Assembly (NCBI RefSeq): GCF_963676685.1
Contig: NC_092346.1
Location: 102,548,001-102,612,000, forward strand
Length of the DNA: 64,000 nt
Origin: Mytilus edulis
Lineage: Eukaryota
Reading direction: 5' to 3'
In this document: piece after piece, positions 1-13,672 of the stretch
Layout: the number at the start of each line of letters is the position of its first letter
How positions within the stretch are numbered: position 1 is the stretch's first letter
The notes under the pieces: generated by a model
Databases searched by the model: none
What the model saw: the letters and a program-made list of their open reading frames with translations, nothing else
What the model was told of the DNA's origin: nothing
Made by a program: the position numbers and the translations under genes

Positions 1-3000
1 CATTGTTACCGTCTGAGACCTGGACATAATTGAAAATCCTTTTCTAACAGGTGAAACGTATAAAAAAATGTATTATAAGCGAATAGGTAACGAATAGGTA
101 ACGAATAGGTAACAGGGTATTAACCGAGCGCTGGAACGGGTACATGCGCGCTAATAGGGTCATTTCATCTCTAAGAACACATTCTTACCACCAGAGACCT
201 GAACACAATTAAAAAACGATTTATTTCAAGGTGCACCGTATACCCCGCGCATTAAAAGCGAATAAGTAACGAATAGGTAACAGGTTATTTACCGAGCGCT
301 GGAACGGGTACATGCGCTCTAATGGGGTCATTTCATCTCTAAGAACACATTGTTACCACCAGACATGAACACAATTAAAACACGATTTATTTCAAGTTGC
401 AGCGTATACCCCGTGCATTAAAAGCGAATAAGTAACGAATAGGTAACAGGTTATTTACCGAGCGCTGGAACGGGTACATGCGCTCTAATGGGGTCATTTC
501 ATCTCTAAGAACACATTGTTACCACCAGACATGAACACAATTAAAACACGATTTATTTCAAGTTGCAGCGTATACCCCGTGCATTAAAAGCGAATAGGTA
601 ACGAATAGGTAACAGGTTATTTACCGAGCGCTGGAACGGGTACATGCGCTCTAATTGGGTCATTTCATCTCTAAGAACACATTGTTACCGTCTGAGACCT
701 GGACATAATTGAAAATCCTTTTCTAACAGGTGAAACGTATAAAAAAATGTATTATAAGCGAATAGGTAACGAATAGGTAACGAATAGGTAACAGGGTATT
801 AACCGAGCGCTGGAACGGGTATATGCGCGCTAATAGGGTCATTTCATCTCTAAGAACACATTGTTACCACCAGACATGAACACAATTAAAAAACGATTTA
901 TTTCAAGGTGCACCGTATACCCCGCGCATTAAAAGCGAATAGGTAACGAATAGGTAACAGGTTATTTACCGAGCGCTGGAACGGGTACATGCGCTCTAAT
1001 GGGGTCATTTCATCTCTAAGAACACATTGTTACCGTCTGAGACCTGGACATAATTGAAAACCCTTTTCTAACAGGTGCAACGTATAAAACAATGTATTAT
1101 AAGCGAATAGGTAACGAATAGGTAACGAATAGGTAACAGGGTATTAACCGAGCGCTGGAACGGGTAAATGCGCGCTAATAGGGTCATTTCATCTCTAAGA
1201 ACACATTGTTACCACCAGACATGAACACAATTAAAACACGATTTATTTCAAGTTGCAGCGTATACCCCGCGCATTAAAAGCGAATAGGTAACGAATAGGT
1301 AACAGGTTATTTACCGAGCGCTGTAACGGGTACATGCACTCTAATGGGGTCATTTCATCTCTAAGAACACATTGTTACCACTGAGACCTGGATATAATTG
1401 AAAATCCTTTTCTAACAGGTGCAACGTATAAAAAAATGTATTATAAGCGAATAGGTAACGAATAGGTAACGAATAGGTAACAGGGTATTAACCGAGCGCT
1501 GGAACGGGTACATGCGCGCTAATAGGGTCATTTCATCTCTAAGAACACATTCTTACCACCAGAGACCTGAACACAATTTAAAAACGATTTATTTCAAGGT
1601 GCACCGTATACCCCGCGCATTAAAAGCGAATAAGTAACGAATAGGTAACAGGTTATTTACCGAGCACTGGAACGGGTACATGCGCTCTAGTGGGGTCATT
1701 TTATCTCTCTAAGAACACATTGTTACCACCAGACATGAACACAATTAAAACACGATTTATTTCAAGTTGCAGCGTATACCCCGCGCATTAAAAGCGAATA
1801 GGTAACGAATAGGTAACAAGATTATTTACCGAGCACTGGAACGGGTACATGAGCGCTAATAGGGTAATTTCATCTCTAAGAACACATTGTTAGCACCTGA
1901 GACATGCACATAATTGAAAATCCTTTTCTAACAGGTGAAACGTATAAAAAAATGTATTATAAGCGAATAGGTAACGAATAGGTAACAGGGTATTAACCGA
2001 GCGCTGGAACGGGTAAATGCGCGCTAATAGGGTCATTTCATCTCTAAGAACACATTGTTACCACCAGACATGAACACAATTAAAACACGATTTATTTCAA
2101 GTTGCAGCGTATACCCCGCGCATTAAAAGCGAATAGGTAACGAATAGGTAACAAGATTATTTACCGAGCACTGGAACGGGTACATGAGCGCTAATAGGGT
2201 AATTTCATCTCTAAGAACACATTGTTACCACCTGAGACATGGACATAATTGAAAATCCTTTTCTAACAGGTGAAACGTATAAAAAAAATGTATTATAAGC
2301 GAATAGGTAACGAATAGGTAACAGGGTATTAACCGAGCGCTGGAACGGGTACATGCGCGCTAATAGGGTCATTTCATCTCTAAGAACACATTCTTACCAC
2401 CAGAGACCTTAACACAATTTAAAAACGATTTATTTCAAGGTGCACCGTATACCCCGCGCATTAAAAGCGAATAAGTAACGAATAGGTAACAGGTTATTTA
2501 CCGAGCGCTGGAACGGGTACATGCGCTCTAGTGGGGTCATTTTATCTCTCTAAGAACACATTGTTACCACCAGACATGAACACAATTAAAACACGATTTA
2601 TTTCAAGTTGCAGCGTATACCCCGCGCATTAAAAGCGAATAGGTAACGAATAGGTAACAAGATTATTTACCGAGCACTGGAACGGGTACATGAGCGCTAA
2701 TAGGGTAATTTCATCTCTAAGAACACATTGTTAGCACCTGAGACATGCACATAATTGAAAATCCTTTTCTAACAGGTGAAACGTATAAAAAAATGTATTA
2801 TAAGCGAATAGGTAACGAATAGGTAACAGGGTATTAACCGAGCGCTGGAACGGGTAAATGCGCGCTAATAGGGTCATTTCATCTCTAAGAACACATTGTT
2901 ACCACCAGACATGAACACAATTAAAACACGATTTATTTCAAGTTGCAGCGTATACCCCGCGCATTAAAAGCGAATAGGTAACGAATAGGTAACAAGATTA

Positions 3001-4720
3001 TTTACCGAGCACTGGAACGGGTACATGAGCGCTAATAGGGTAATTTCATCTCTAAGAACACATTGTTACCACCTGAGACATGGACATAATTGAAAATCCT
3101 TTTCTAACAGGTGAAACGTATAAAAAAAATGTATTATAAGCGAATAGGTAACGAATAGGTAACAGGGTATTAACCGAGCGCTGGAACGGGTACATGCGCG
3201 CTAATAGGGTCATTTCATCTCTAAGAACACATTCTTACCACCAGAGACCTGAACACAATTTAAAAACGATTTATTTCAAGGTGCACCGTATACCCCGCGC
3301 ATTAAAAGCGAATAAGTAACGAATAGGTAACAGGTTATTTACCGAGCGCTGGAACGGGTACATGCGCTCTAGTGGGGTCATTTTATCTCTCTAAGAACAC
3401 ATTGTTACCACCAGACATGAACACAATTAAAACACGATTTATTTCAAGTTGCAGCGTATACCCCGCGCATTAAAAGCGAATAGGTAACGAATAGGTAACA
3501 AGATTATTTACCGAGCACTAGAACGGGTACATGAGCGCTAATAGGGTAATTTCATCTCTAAGAACACATTGTTAGCACCTGAGACATGCACATAATTGAA
3601 AATCCTTTTCTAACAGGTGAAACGTATAAAAAAATGTATTATAAGCGAATAGGTAACGAATAGGTAACAGGGTATTAACCGAGCGCTGAAACGGGTACAT
3701 GCGCGCTAATAGGGTCATTTCATCTCTAAGAACACATTCTTACCACCAGAGACCTGAACACAATTAAAAAACGATTTATTTCAAGGTGCACCGTATACCC
3801 CGCGCATTAAAAGCGAATAGGTAACGAATAGGTAACAGGTTATTTACCGAGCGCTGTAACGGGTACATGCACTCTAATGGGGTCATTTCATCTCTAAGAA
3901 CACATTGTTACCACTGAGACCTGGATATAATTGAAAATCCTTTTCTAACAGGTGCAACGTATAAAAAAATGTATTATAAGCGAATAGGTAACGAATAGGT
4001 AACGAATAGGTAACAGGGTATTAACCGAGCGCTGGAACGGGTACATGCGCGCTAATAGGGTCATTTCATCTCTAAGAACACATTCTTACCACCAGAGACC
4101 TGAACACAATTAAAAAACGATTTATTTCAAGGTGCACCGTATACCCCGCGCATTAAAAGCGAATAAGTAACGAATAGGTAACAGGTTATTTACCGAGCGC
4201 TGGAACGGGTACATGCGCTCTAATGGGGTCATTTCATCTCTAAACACACATTGTTACCACCAGAGATATGAATTTAATTGAAAATCCTTTTCTAACAGGT
4301 GCAACGTACAACAAACGTACTATAAGTGAATAGGTAACGAATAGGTAACGAATAGGTAACAGGGTATTAACCGATCGCTGGAACGAGTACATATGCGCTT
4401 ATAGGGGTATTTCATCTATAAGAACACATTATTACCACCAGAGATATGAACACAATTGGAAATCCTTTTCTAAAAGGTGCAACGTACAACAAACTTTTTA
4501 AAAGCGAATTAGTAACGAATATTTAACAGGGTATTATCCGACCGCTGGAACGGATACAAATGCACTTATAGAGTTATATCACCTCTAAGAGCCCAAATCT
4601 TCCACCAGAGACAACAAAACAATTGAAAATCATGTTTTAAAAGGTGCACGTAAGATACACGTATTATAAGGGAATTATAAGCGAGTGATGGAACGAATTA
4701 AACAAGGTAATAGCATGCTC
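1..4720. repeat. Satellite array, ~166-180 bp monomers of three variant types, each with 2-3 GAATAGGTAAC subrepeats; ~841-bp 5-mer higher-order repeat; degenerate right edge
   Basis: CTGGAACGGGTACATGCGC...CATCTCTAAGAACACATT recurs every ~170 bp (about 27 monomers). Near-identical blocks start at 1501, 2342 and 3183 (841 apart). Monomers decay from ~4260 to ~4720. The array runs off the left end of the window. Confidence 0.97.
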
Positions 4721-4859
4721 CGAAACGATGTACACCCTGCTTACATGTTTAACTCTACCACATTATGTAAGTATGTGCCTGTCCCTAGACAAGAGCCTGA
4801 AATTAAGTAGTTATCGTTTGTTTTTGTGTTACATATTTCCGTTTATTTTTTTGTATATG

Positions 4860-5050
4860 AAATACGGCCGTCAGTTTTGTTGTTTGAATTGTATGAGGTT
4901 GTCATGTCTGGGCCTTTTATAGGTGACTACACGGTTTGGGCTATGCTCATTGTTGAAGGCCGTACAGTGAACTATAGTTGATAATTTCTGTGTCATTTTG
5001 GTCTAATGTGGAGTGTTGTCTCATTGGCAATCATACCACATCTTCGTTTT
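4860..5050. repeat. Dispersed SINE-like/short interspersed repeat
   Basis: CTTTTATAG(C/G)TGACTA...CATTGTTGAAGGCCGTA...GTTGTCTCATTGGCAATCATACCACATCTT recurs at ~14130-14270, ~42000-42130 and ~54190-54310, with partial copies elsewhere. Family not identified. Confidence 0.6.
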
Positions 5051-5329
5051 TACGCAAGCGCTAACACGGTGATTTCATCACGTCGAACCAAGATCCATCT
5101 TCAAACATACGGACATAAAGCAGTTAAAAGGTAGAACGTATAAAAAAACAAGTAAGGAACAAATGCGTATCGAACATGAAGTAAAAGGATCGGTTGAGCA
5201 CAAACACATATAAATAGGTCATAAAAAGATCATTTTACCTCAACCAATTCAGAACTATTACCATATGTAAGACTATTAACAACTAGATTTGTAATTGCTA
5301 GCAATAACGGAAGGCACCCCTTCCCCCTA

Positions 5330-5900
5330 TAACCAGGTGAGCGGCAGCCATTTTGACAATTCCAAAGTCAAAGAGAGCATCTACAGATGTCTAGTAACAT
5401 TTTTGCAAAGTTTCATTAAGTTTGAACATTTTGAATTTTTGATATTTTTGCTGTTTCCATGGTAACGGCGGCCATTTTGAAAATTCTAACTTCTAAATCC
5501 AACTCTGCCTATGCCAGTTATCATTTCTGTAAAGTTTCATCCAGTTTGCGGAAAATTCTTATTTTTGAAATTTTTGACCTTTTTGCATTGTTTCCATGGT
5601 AACAAGACCTATTTTGGAAATTCCAACTCCAATGTTGCTCATCATTACTGTGAAGTTTCATGAAGTTTTGAGCATTTTTTAGAATTTTGAAAATTTTGGT
5701 GTAGTTTCCATGGCAACATAGTAGTTCCAATAATCGCCAAAATCATCCAACACCTGTATATAGTGGGCACCTACATTGTTTTAAAATATGATGATTCTGA
5801 GTTGAAGCATATCCAAACAGTTCACCAAAAACCAAAAGCTCATTTTTTTCACAATTGTGCCGTTTCCATGGTAACGGCAGCCATATTAAACTATTCCATG
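5330..5900. repeat. Degenerate internal repeats (TTTCCATGGTAACGGC.GCCATTTTG cores), possibly a Helentron-type element remnant
   Basis: TTTCCATGG(T/C)AAC occurs at ~5455, ~5592, ~5706 and ~5863, and CAGGTGAGCG at ~5334 resembles the subterminal motif of the element at 29781-31073. Confidence 0.4.
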
Positions 5901-5945
5901 CCATAATTAAAAAGGGGGAAGGATATTAAAAATCAAATAAGTAAT

Positions 5946-6186
5946 GAATAGGTAACGAATAGGGAATAGGGAATAGGTAACGAATAGGTAACGAATAGGG
6001 AATAGGGAATAGGTAACGAATAGGCAACGAATAGGGAATAGGGAATAGGTAACGAATAGGTAACGAATAGGGAATAGGGAATAGGTAACGAATAGGTAAC
6101 GAATAGGGAATAGGGAATAGGTAACGAATAGGCAACGAATAGGGAATAGGGAATAGGTAACGAATAGGGAATAGGGAATAGGTAAC
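5946..6186. repeat. Compound microsatellite of GAATAGGTAAC 11-mers and GAATAGG 7-mers (36-bp superperiod)
   Basis: Read directly from the sequence. The ORF 5926-6216 (IRYLFPIPYSLP repeats) is its translation. Confidence 0.95.
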
Positions 6187-6201
6187 CAACTTGACGCCCA
6201 T

Positions 6202-6820
6202 GGTGAATACTGACATTTTTGTGCTTTATAAAGAATATTTCTATAAAAAAAAATTATGTGAAATACCTGAACGTATAAGAAGTCTGCATGTTGAGCTATA
6301 TTTACGAATCAGATGTCCTTATACCGATGATAACATTTAGTTAATGTTTCGATTAGTTTGTGATATCGAAAACCCTGGTGTAATAATTTTTCAGTAATAC
6401 ATAAATTTCTCCCGTTAAAATCTAAAACATTGTTACATACACGAGCGAGTCGTACAAGTTGAGATATATAAACACCGTAAAATGGTGACAAGGGAACGTC
6501 ACCATCTAAAAAGGGATAATTAATAATAGGAAATGAAAAATCATCTCTTTTATCATAAATTTTAGTATTAAGCTTTCCGTTTATAATGATATAGATATCA
6601 AGATGTATGAAAGGGCAGTGGTCATTATTAATATTAGCTTTATTTAAAGTAAGTTCAACAGGATAAATTTTTAGTATACATACTGAAGTCGTCATTATTG
6701 AGAGCCAAAATATCATCCAAATATCTAAAAGTATTATTAAATTTGTGTATCATATGTTGTTTCGATGGGTCTTTGCTGATTTTTGTCATAAATTGTAACT
6801 CATAGCTATACAAAAACAGA
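6202..6820 (-). mobile_element. Penelope-like retroelement, RT C-terminal/thumb fragment (degenerate)
   Basis: ORF 6309-6716 has LDI..NGKLNTKIYDKRDDFSFPIINYPFLDG.VP.SP.YGVYISQL.R.ARVC, the typical PLE RT C-terminus. The upstream RYLDDI motif is frameshifted (~6712-6728). Confidence 0.85.
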
Positions 6821-7047
6821 TAATGTTGAAGTTCTGTCTGTATCGTTCAAAGTAATTATTGAATGTTTGTCTTATGCTTGATCGAGAACTATCCAGGACA
6901 AACCCCTTCAAAAAGTTATGAAAATAAGTAGATGGCTATAAAAGGTTCCGACATGAAAAATGTGAAACAATTTAAACGAGAAATCTAGAAGACTGTCAGA
7001 TTTATAGCAATACAGTTCACGAAAACAAATTTGGCAGTATTTTAGTC

Positions 7048-8010
7048 AAAATAAAATTGAGAATGGAAATGGGGAATGTGTCAAAGAGACAACAACCCGA
7101 CCAAATAAAAAACAACAGCAGAGGGTCACCAACAGGTCTTCAATGTAGCGATAAATTCCCGCACCCGGAGGCGTCCTTCAGCTGGCCCCTAAACAAATAT
7201 ATACTAGTCCAGTGATAATGAACGCCATACTAATTTCCAAATTGTACACAAGAAACTAAATTAAAAATAATACAAGACTAACAAAGGCCAGAGGCTCCTG
7301 ACTTGGGACAGGCGCAAAAATGCGGCGGGGTTAAACATGTTTGTGAGATCTCAACCCTCCCCCTATACCTCTAACCAATGTAGTAAAGTAAACGCATAAC
7401 AATACGCACATTAAAATTCAGTTCAAGAGAAATCCGAGTCTGATGTCAGAAGATGTAACCAAAGAAAATAAACAAAATGACAATAATACATAAATAACAA
7501 CAGACTACTAGCAGTTAACTGACATGCCAGCTCCAGACTTCAATTAAACTGACTGAAAGATTATGATTTCATCATATGAACATCAGGCACAATCCTTCCC
7601 GTTAGGGGTTTAGTATCATACCATCATAACATATATGAGAAGAACATAACCCGTGTCATGCCAACAACTGTTTTTAGAATAAATGTGGTTAGTTCCGATG
7701 CAAAGACCTTATCAGTGACTCAATATTAACGCCAAAATATGCAATCTTTAATGACTTGACAACAGTATCGTAATTATATCCCTTCTTAATAAGTCTATTC
7801 AAAGGTTTTGTAAGTTTCTGAGGTGAATACTGACACCTTTGTGCTTTATAAAGAATATTACCATAAAAAATTGGATGTGAAATACCTGAACGTATTAGAA
7901 GTCTGCATGTTGAGCTATATTTACGAATGATGTCTTTATACCGATGATAAAATTTAGTAAATGTTTTGACTAGTTTGTGATATCGAAAACCCTGGTGTAA
8001 TAATTTTTCA
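7048..8010 (-). mobile_element. Second Penelope-like copy, 5'-truncated, retaining a long 3' non-coding part
   Basis: 7821-8010 is a close copy of 6202-6392 (GGTGAATACTGACA...AAAACCCTGGTGTAATAATTTTTCA). 7048-7250 is related to the dispersed repeat at ~32075-32260. Confidence 0.7.
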
Positions 8011-8607
8011 AGACATCTTACGGATTCAGTGTAACGACGTCATAAAAAGATTGGAGAAACGCATGACCTTGTGCAATGCCAAAATGTTAGATAACAGTAT
8101 CGGCATGCTGTGAGACTATGAGTACTCATAGAGATATTTTATTTGTTTAAAAGATAAAATTAATAAAACAATAATGAAATATTTTACTACGATTCTAAAT
8201 TGAAACCTTGAGGTATAAGTTCAATCAAAGGATCAATGAGTTAACATGGATCGTATCCACGAATTTTGTAAAAGTTTTATCAATTTCTTGTAACGAAATC
8301 CCTGATTAACTGATTTACCAGTTATACATAGAGAAAAAGTTATTACTATATACAACATGAGAAGGACCAAATGAATAGCACCGTCCAAAAATATAAAAAC
8401 AATATGGGGAAGATAAATCGCCTCTTATAGTCGTACATTCTTGTAACATGAAGCTGTCATACTGTAAATCAAATTTAGAAAATGGCCCTGGTAGGGAACT
8501 TGTCTTACTATTTCATATACACATTTTAATACAGTATAAAACAAAGATTAAGAAGCAGATGTCAAGTGCGTCTAATGTATTTAATTTTGCTTTTATCTTA
8601 CACGTAG

Positions 8608-10856
8608 AAAAAAGGCAAGGTCTACATGGATTTCGACAACAAACGACGAATTGATATTGTCACAAAAACAGAGAATGGACAAAGCCAGAACATTGTAGCA
8701 TACACGGACTATAATATTGTGAGTGTTTTTCGGCACACAAAATAGTGATTTTTTAAATGTGATTTCGCGTGTATACTATTCACTTATGATTCCTCAGTAT
8801 TTTATCCAAGATTGAAATACCTCTGACTTTAGCTTTACGTTGGTTAGAAATAAATAGACATGATGTAGAAAATCTAAGATCCAAGCGACCCACCCACTTC
8901 TTGATAAACACGCATATGTGTTGCTTACGCTTATAAATCAACAACCCTGCAACATGAACTAAAACTACAAATCTTCTGTTCATCAAAGTTGCGATAAGGG
9001 TATAAATCGGAAGTATATAACAAGCTAATGGTAGGCATATGTCTTCCAACTACTACTAAATAGAGTTTAATGACGTCTACCCTTGCGGGAATTGCGCCAG
9101 ATTACATATATACTATATATTTTTTAATTTAATATAAATAAGGAATTACCCTGTATATAAGTCTTGAAAGTATTGTAACACGTTATGTTTATATGGAGCA
9201 AACCACGTGATTTTTTTGAAATATTTAAATCAACTTAATTTTGATTAGGGTAAGACGTACGAGGTTGTTGGTGGACACTGCACTATAAAAGATGCCTTGT
9301 TGGTAAATGGATCAATGCCAGCTAACTGTTTCCCAGGTAATGCCACAGAGACTCGGTTAGCAGATTAAAAGTTTGTGTATTCTTATTTTCAGTATATATA
9401 TACGAATATAGATAGTAAACTCCACATTGCTAGAAAACAATGAAATTTGATTCAACGCCAAAACGTAAATAATGGAATGCAAATAGACAGGAAATATCTG
9501 ACACTAACATTTCATTCTCCATTGAAATAGCAAAAAACACTGTGACATAAGAGATAACCACATTGATATTCATTTTATCAAGTTTCTTTATTAAGAAATG
9601 AACTTTACGATAAGCTCCCTCTTGTGGAATTTGAATCAGAAACATGCAAAGGAGTAAAATCTCACGTTTTTCCAGATACGATTTTCAGACTTACGTTTCT
9701 ATCGTGATTAATGAAGGTAATGTTCAAGGATATTTGCTGTGGCCATGTGGTTGTCTATATTTTTTTTACTTAAGTTATTTTATTATCCCCTTGTTATCTT
9801 CTTACTCATTTCTAGGTCCAAATGCTGGGAACTATTACATTGGACGTGAGACCATAGGCGATACTCTGACGGATGTTTGGAGAACGGATCTTACGCAGTC
9901 TCTTGGCTTTATGGCGGTGATGCACGTGTCTGTCAAAGACTGTTTGCTCATGACAGAAATCGATTATGGAACCATTCAAGGAGGTAAATTTACATTTACC
10001 AAACACTATTTCTTTTAAAGAGTACTATGCAGGTAATTTGTAGAATGTTAAAAAGCATGCTAGGTTCCTTTCAGTTGTCGTCGAGTTCTAAGAAGCATTT
10101 ATTTTGCAGGAAAAAAATATTTTCAGGATATTTGACAATGATGCGCACATCCATAGAAAATGAAGACACATATTCACATTAATAAATCAGCCTCTGTTTT
10201 TTTGTCAGATTGTTTTATTGTATTGGGGGATTTTTGTACTAGACAAGTCTTCAGACTAATTGCACACATTTGTAATACCAACTTGAACCTTACTAATTAG
10301 TAGAGGGCTCAGAGAACTTACCAGGGAGCCTTTATATTTTGATTTCGCTATAAATAGCACGTATTTATTTATTTTTTATTTTTCTTTAATAAAAATGCAC
10401 AAAGTTGATACAGTTTTATGAAGAAAGGATTATGATGAATAGACGATCCGAAGAACAGTCTATGTATTTCACACTAGTACAGTTTTTCAAATTCTGTAAA
10501 TAAACAGATCAATCTAATACTGTAATATAGAACTCTGATTTTGTTATTCTCATAAGAGCTTATAAAGTCGAGCACGCGTGAGTTGCGATATCACTGGATT
10601 TAAATCAAATTGATAATCAGATCTGTTGTCCAGGAAAATATTATACCAATGCACGGATAATGAATAATTGTTACACCATACCAATAAATATTTGGCAAAT
10701 TGGTGCTTTGGGTGGTTTTTAACATCACCGAAATGTGTTTTATTGTTTACTTTTTCAGTTAAAATACAGAGTACCACCGTCTTATCTGATGCAGTGCCAC
10801 GCATTGAAGACCAGAATGTCTTCCAAGTTCCCGGGGAATGTCACCATCAGTCATAA
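8608..10856 (+). CDS. Ependymin-related protein (EPDR family), 3' four exons; 5' exon(s) with signal peptide not found in the window
   Basis: Exons 8608-8718, 9249-9336, 9816-9983 and 10759-10856 are all AG/GT with phases 0,1,1. Translation: KKGKVYMDFDNKRRIDIVTKTENGQSQNIVAYTDYNI/GKTYEVVGGHCTIKDALLVNGSMPANCFP/GPNAGNYYIGRETIGDTLTDVWRT...VSVKDCLLMTE.../...RIEDQNVFQVPGECHHQS*. The YD/DY..G..Y....C, P..C.P, W, V...C and I.D..VF..P..C pattern fits ependymins. AATAAA at ~10862. Confidence 0.8.
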
Positions 10857-11149
10857 AGGAAAATAAAACAATCCTTATTGAAATGTTCCGGTTGCATTAT
10901 TGACACATTTGTTTACTTCATTATATATAAAAATCAGCAGCAAAACATGAGTTGTTTTCTTTCAGCTTAAGATTTTGTGGATTTTAATTTAAGAGATTTA
11001 GAATAATGATATTTGGAGATATATTAGAATGCTGACATAAGCTTGTTATGAAATATGAATCACGAAGTATCCTTCATTTTGTTTATGTCTTACCAGTCAT
11101 TAGCTCTTCAACGACATACAGATCTATGGTGTGGAGTCCATTCGCCAAA

Positions 11150-11341
11150 TCCTTGTGAAGTAGATTTGTTTTGCAGAGCTCCGTTATACAATTCAAAGGG
11201 ACACAATATGAAAAGAATTTGAAAATTTACCACAAATTAAAAAAAAGTACAATAAAAAAGGCATCGACAGAATAACTTTTCATATTATGTCCCTTTAAAT
11301 CGTTTAAAGGAGCTCTTCAAACAAATCTACTCCACACGGAT
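11150..11341. repeat. Imperfect ~70-bp inverted repeat with ~50-bp spacer (hairpin or collapsed MITE)
   Basis: GTAGATTTGTTTTGCAGAGCTCC...AAAGGGACACAATATGAAAAG pairs with CTTTTCATATTATGTCCCTTT...GGAGCTCTTCAAACAAATCTAC. Confidence 0.75.
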
Positions 11342-13672
11342 TTTATCTAACTAATCAGTCTTCTAGTGGCAATCTGATCTCAGGCGAATTTACCAAAGTT
11401 TTGAAATGATAAATTTCCACTATTTCGGATAATATATGACTTAGTGTTACCTTATAATTTATTTTTAAGAAACGGTTCATATAAAAAGGAAGAAGAGGTA
11501 TGACTGGCAATGAGACAACTCTTCACAAGCAGTTTTTTTTTTTTATGTTTGATCATCAGCCAAAATTCATGAAAATTTAAAAGTACAAAAAGTTCACGAA
11601 ATAACACCACCACTTACAATTAGCAAAGTCGAATATTTGCACACCCAAGGTAGGTTGGGCCTAAATAAAAAATAATTCAAGAGAATATTGCATACAGTAC
11701 TTTACAAAATTGTAATTTATATAAGGCTTTGGCATAAATAAAACCAAAAAGTACGGGTCAAGCTACAGTTGATGTAAATAGACCGAATGATGACATGATA
11801 ACATGATTTGAAATAAAGAAAGGTAGCGCTTATAAGGTGATCTCGAGAAATGAAGACAAAAAACATTAGACAAAAAACAATAGAACACAAAACACAACAT
11901 AGAAAACTAAAAACTGGGCAATACGAACCCCACCAAAAACTGGGGGTAATCTCATATGATCCGGAAGTGTAAGCAGATCTTGCTCCACATGGGGCACCCG
12001 TCGTTTTGCTCATGTTGGTACAAAACCGGGGGGAAAAATTTGTGAAAAGTCGGTTTGGGCCCATGTGTCAAACATATTCTGTGCTATTCATATTCATATC
12101 ATTAGTGTAATTTTCCTCTACTAATGCATGCCCTTGGTGTAAGTTTAGAAAAATGAAAGATCTATTTTGTCCTTTCATTGAAAAATGAACCTTGGGCAAA
12201 GCAATGCCATACGTGACAGTTGAAAAAAAAACTCAAGTAGTAAAGCAGAATAAGAGGAATTTGGTTGCAAGCAGGTCCCGCTTTTGAATGTTTGTGTCTA
12301 TCAGTTTTTCTCTGTTGAGCTACATTTTATGCTCATGCAGGGTAACATGTGTGTTGCTTATAAATATGGTCGATGCAAAAGATTTGGGTGTTGAGTTCTT
12401 ATTCAATTGTACAATTTATCGTATGATTGGACAAGTTTAATTTGCCTGGCTCAGAAAAAGTGTCACCTTCAATCCAGCTTCAGGGTTAGTTATTGTTGCA
12501 TGCTGTTAATCATAATGAAACAAAAACAAAACAGTTTATGGGCCTATGAAACAGATACACCAGAAGAAAAGCAACAAGTGGGATTATGCTGTTTTCAAGA
12601 CTAGAAAAGGACAGGTATTTGGATACAAATACTAAAGTTTTATTTTGATTCGATTTACGTCATATAACAGTACAAGCATAGGATATTGAAAGCTTTTTAC
12701 CAATTACAAATCACATAAACATAATATTAAACAGAGCATGTGGATAAGATATATTCGGAGCATATATTTCAATGCATAGATATGTTTCACAAATATATTG
12801 AAACACAAGCAAAGCACTACTGTAAACTACACCAACGTGGCTTGTTTTAACACTGACGCATAACAGTAATTAAAGCATATAACTAAAGTTGAAGTACACC
12901 TTTAAATTTTGCAAAATTAATTTAAAGCATAACTAAAAATGATTTAAAGCACTTGATCCAAAATTTAAAGGCAACTATTCTGGAACCGTGATGTCACGAG
13001 TTAACATATGAAAAAAATCTATCTTTAATTTTAAATCTGAATATAAGAACTTTTCCCCCGATTGTATGTGCTTTCTATACACATTTTCTATTTTGGAAAA
13101 ATTCAAAGAGTCGTGTCAGTTCTAACATGGATTCTAACTATACAAGGCTATACCGTGAATCCTTGTTTTAAGATATGTGAGAATATGTGATAATTTGCAT
13201 TATTTTTTTCGATTTTTTAACAGTTTAATAAGCTAAAGTTGTATGAAATTTTACCAAAATCTGCGACGTTGTCCTTTTACTGGGTTTATTAAAATTTGTG
13301 CCAATGATTGACATAAAAATAAGCATGATAAGAGATACTTGCATTACAGAGAGGTTGATGAATTGGGTGGATTTTTTTTCATCAGCCTAAATATTTTGAA
13401 TTTTCCATTGGTCACTCAGTGATTTTTATATCCACGAACATACATATTGATATACTGTTCCCCGGTACGCCGAAAAAATAAAGAGATTAAAATTCGTACA
13501 GCCAATGCACAAAACACGGAAAATATACGTTGTCGCTCGTCATATCATGTTTTATAATTTTTAAACGAAGGGGGAATAACTCAAAAAACCAAACGTTCGC
13601 AAACGACCTGCAAATTTTCAAAATCCTGTCAGTTGATTTGTCTAAAGCACTTAATAATTAAGCTTACGCAAA

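Noticed and set aside
5926-6216. ORF with IRYLFPIPYSLP repeats; also a possible telomere
   Set aside because: It is a microsatellite translation. The motif is not TTAGGG and the tract is interstitial.
7048-8010. Hammerhead ribozyme in the Penelope 3' region
   Set aside because: Only a partial CTGATAAG match on the minus strand (~7710-7720); I could not assemble a complete CUGANGA/GAAA core.
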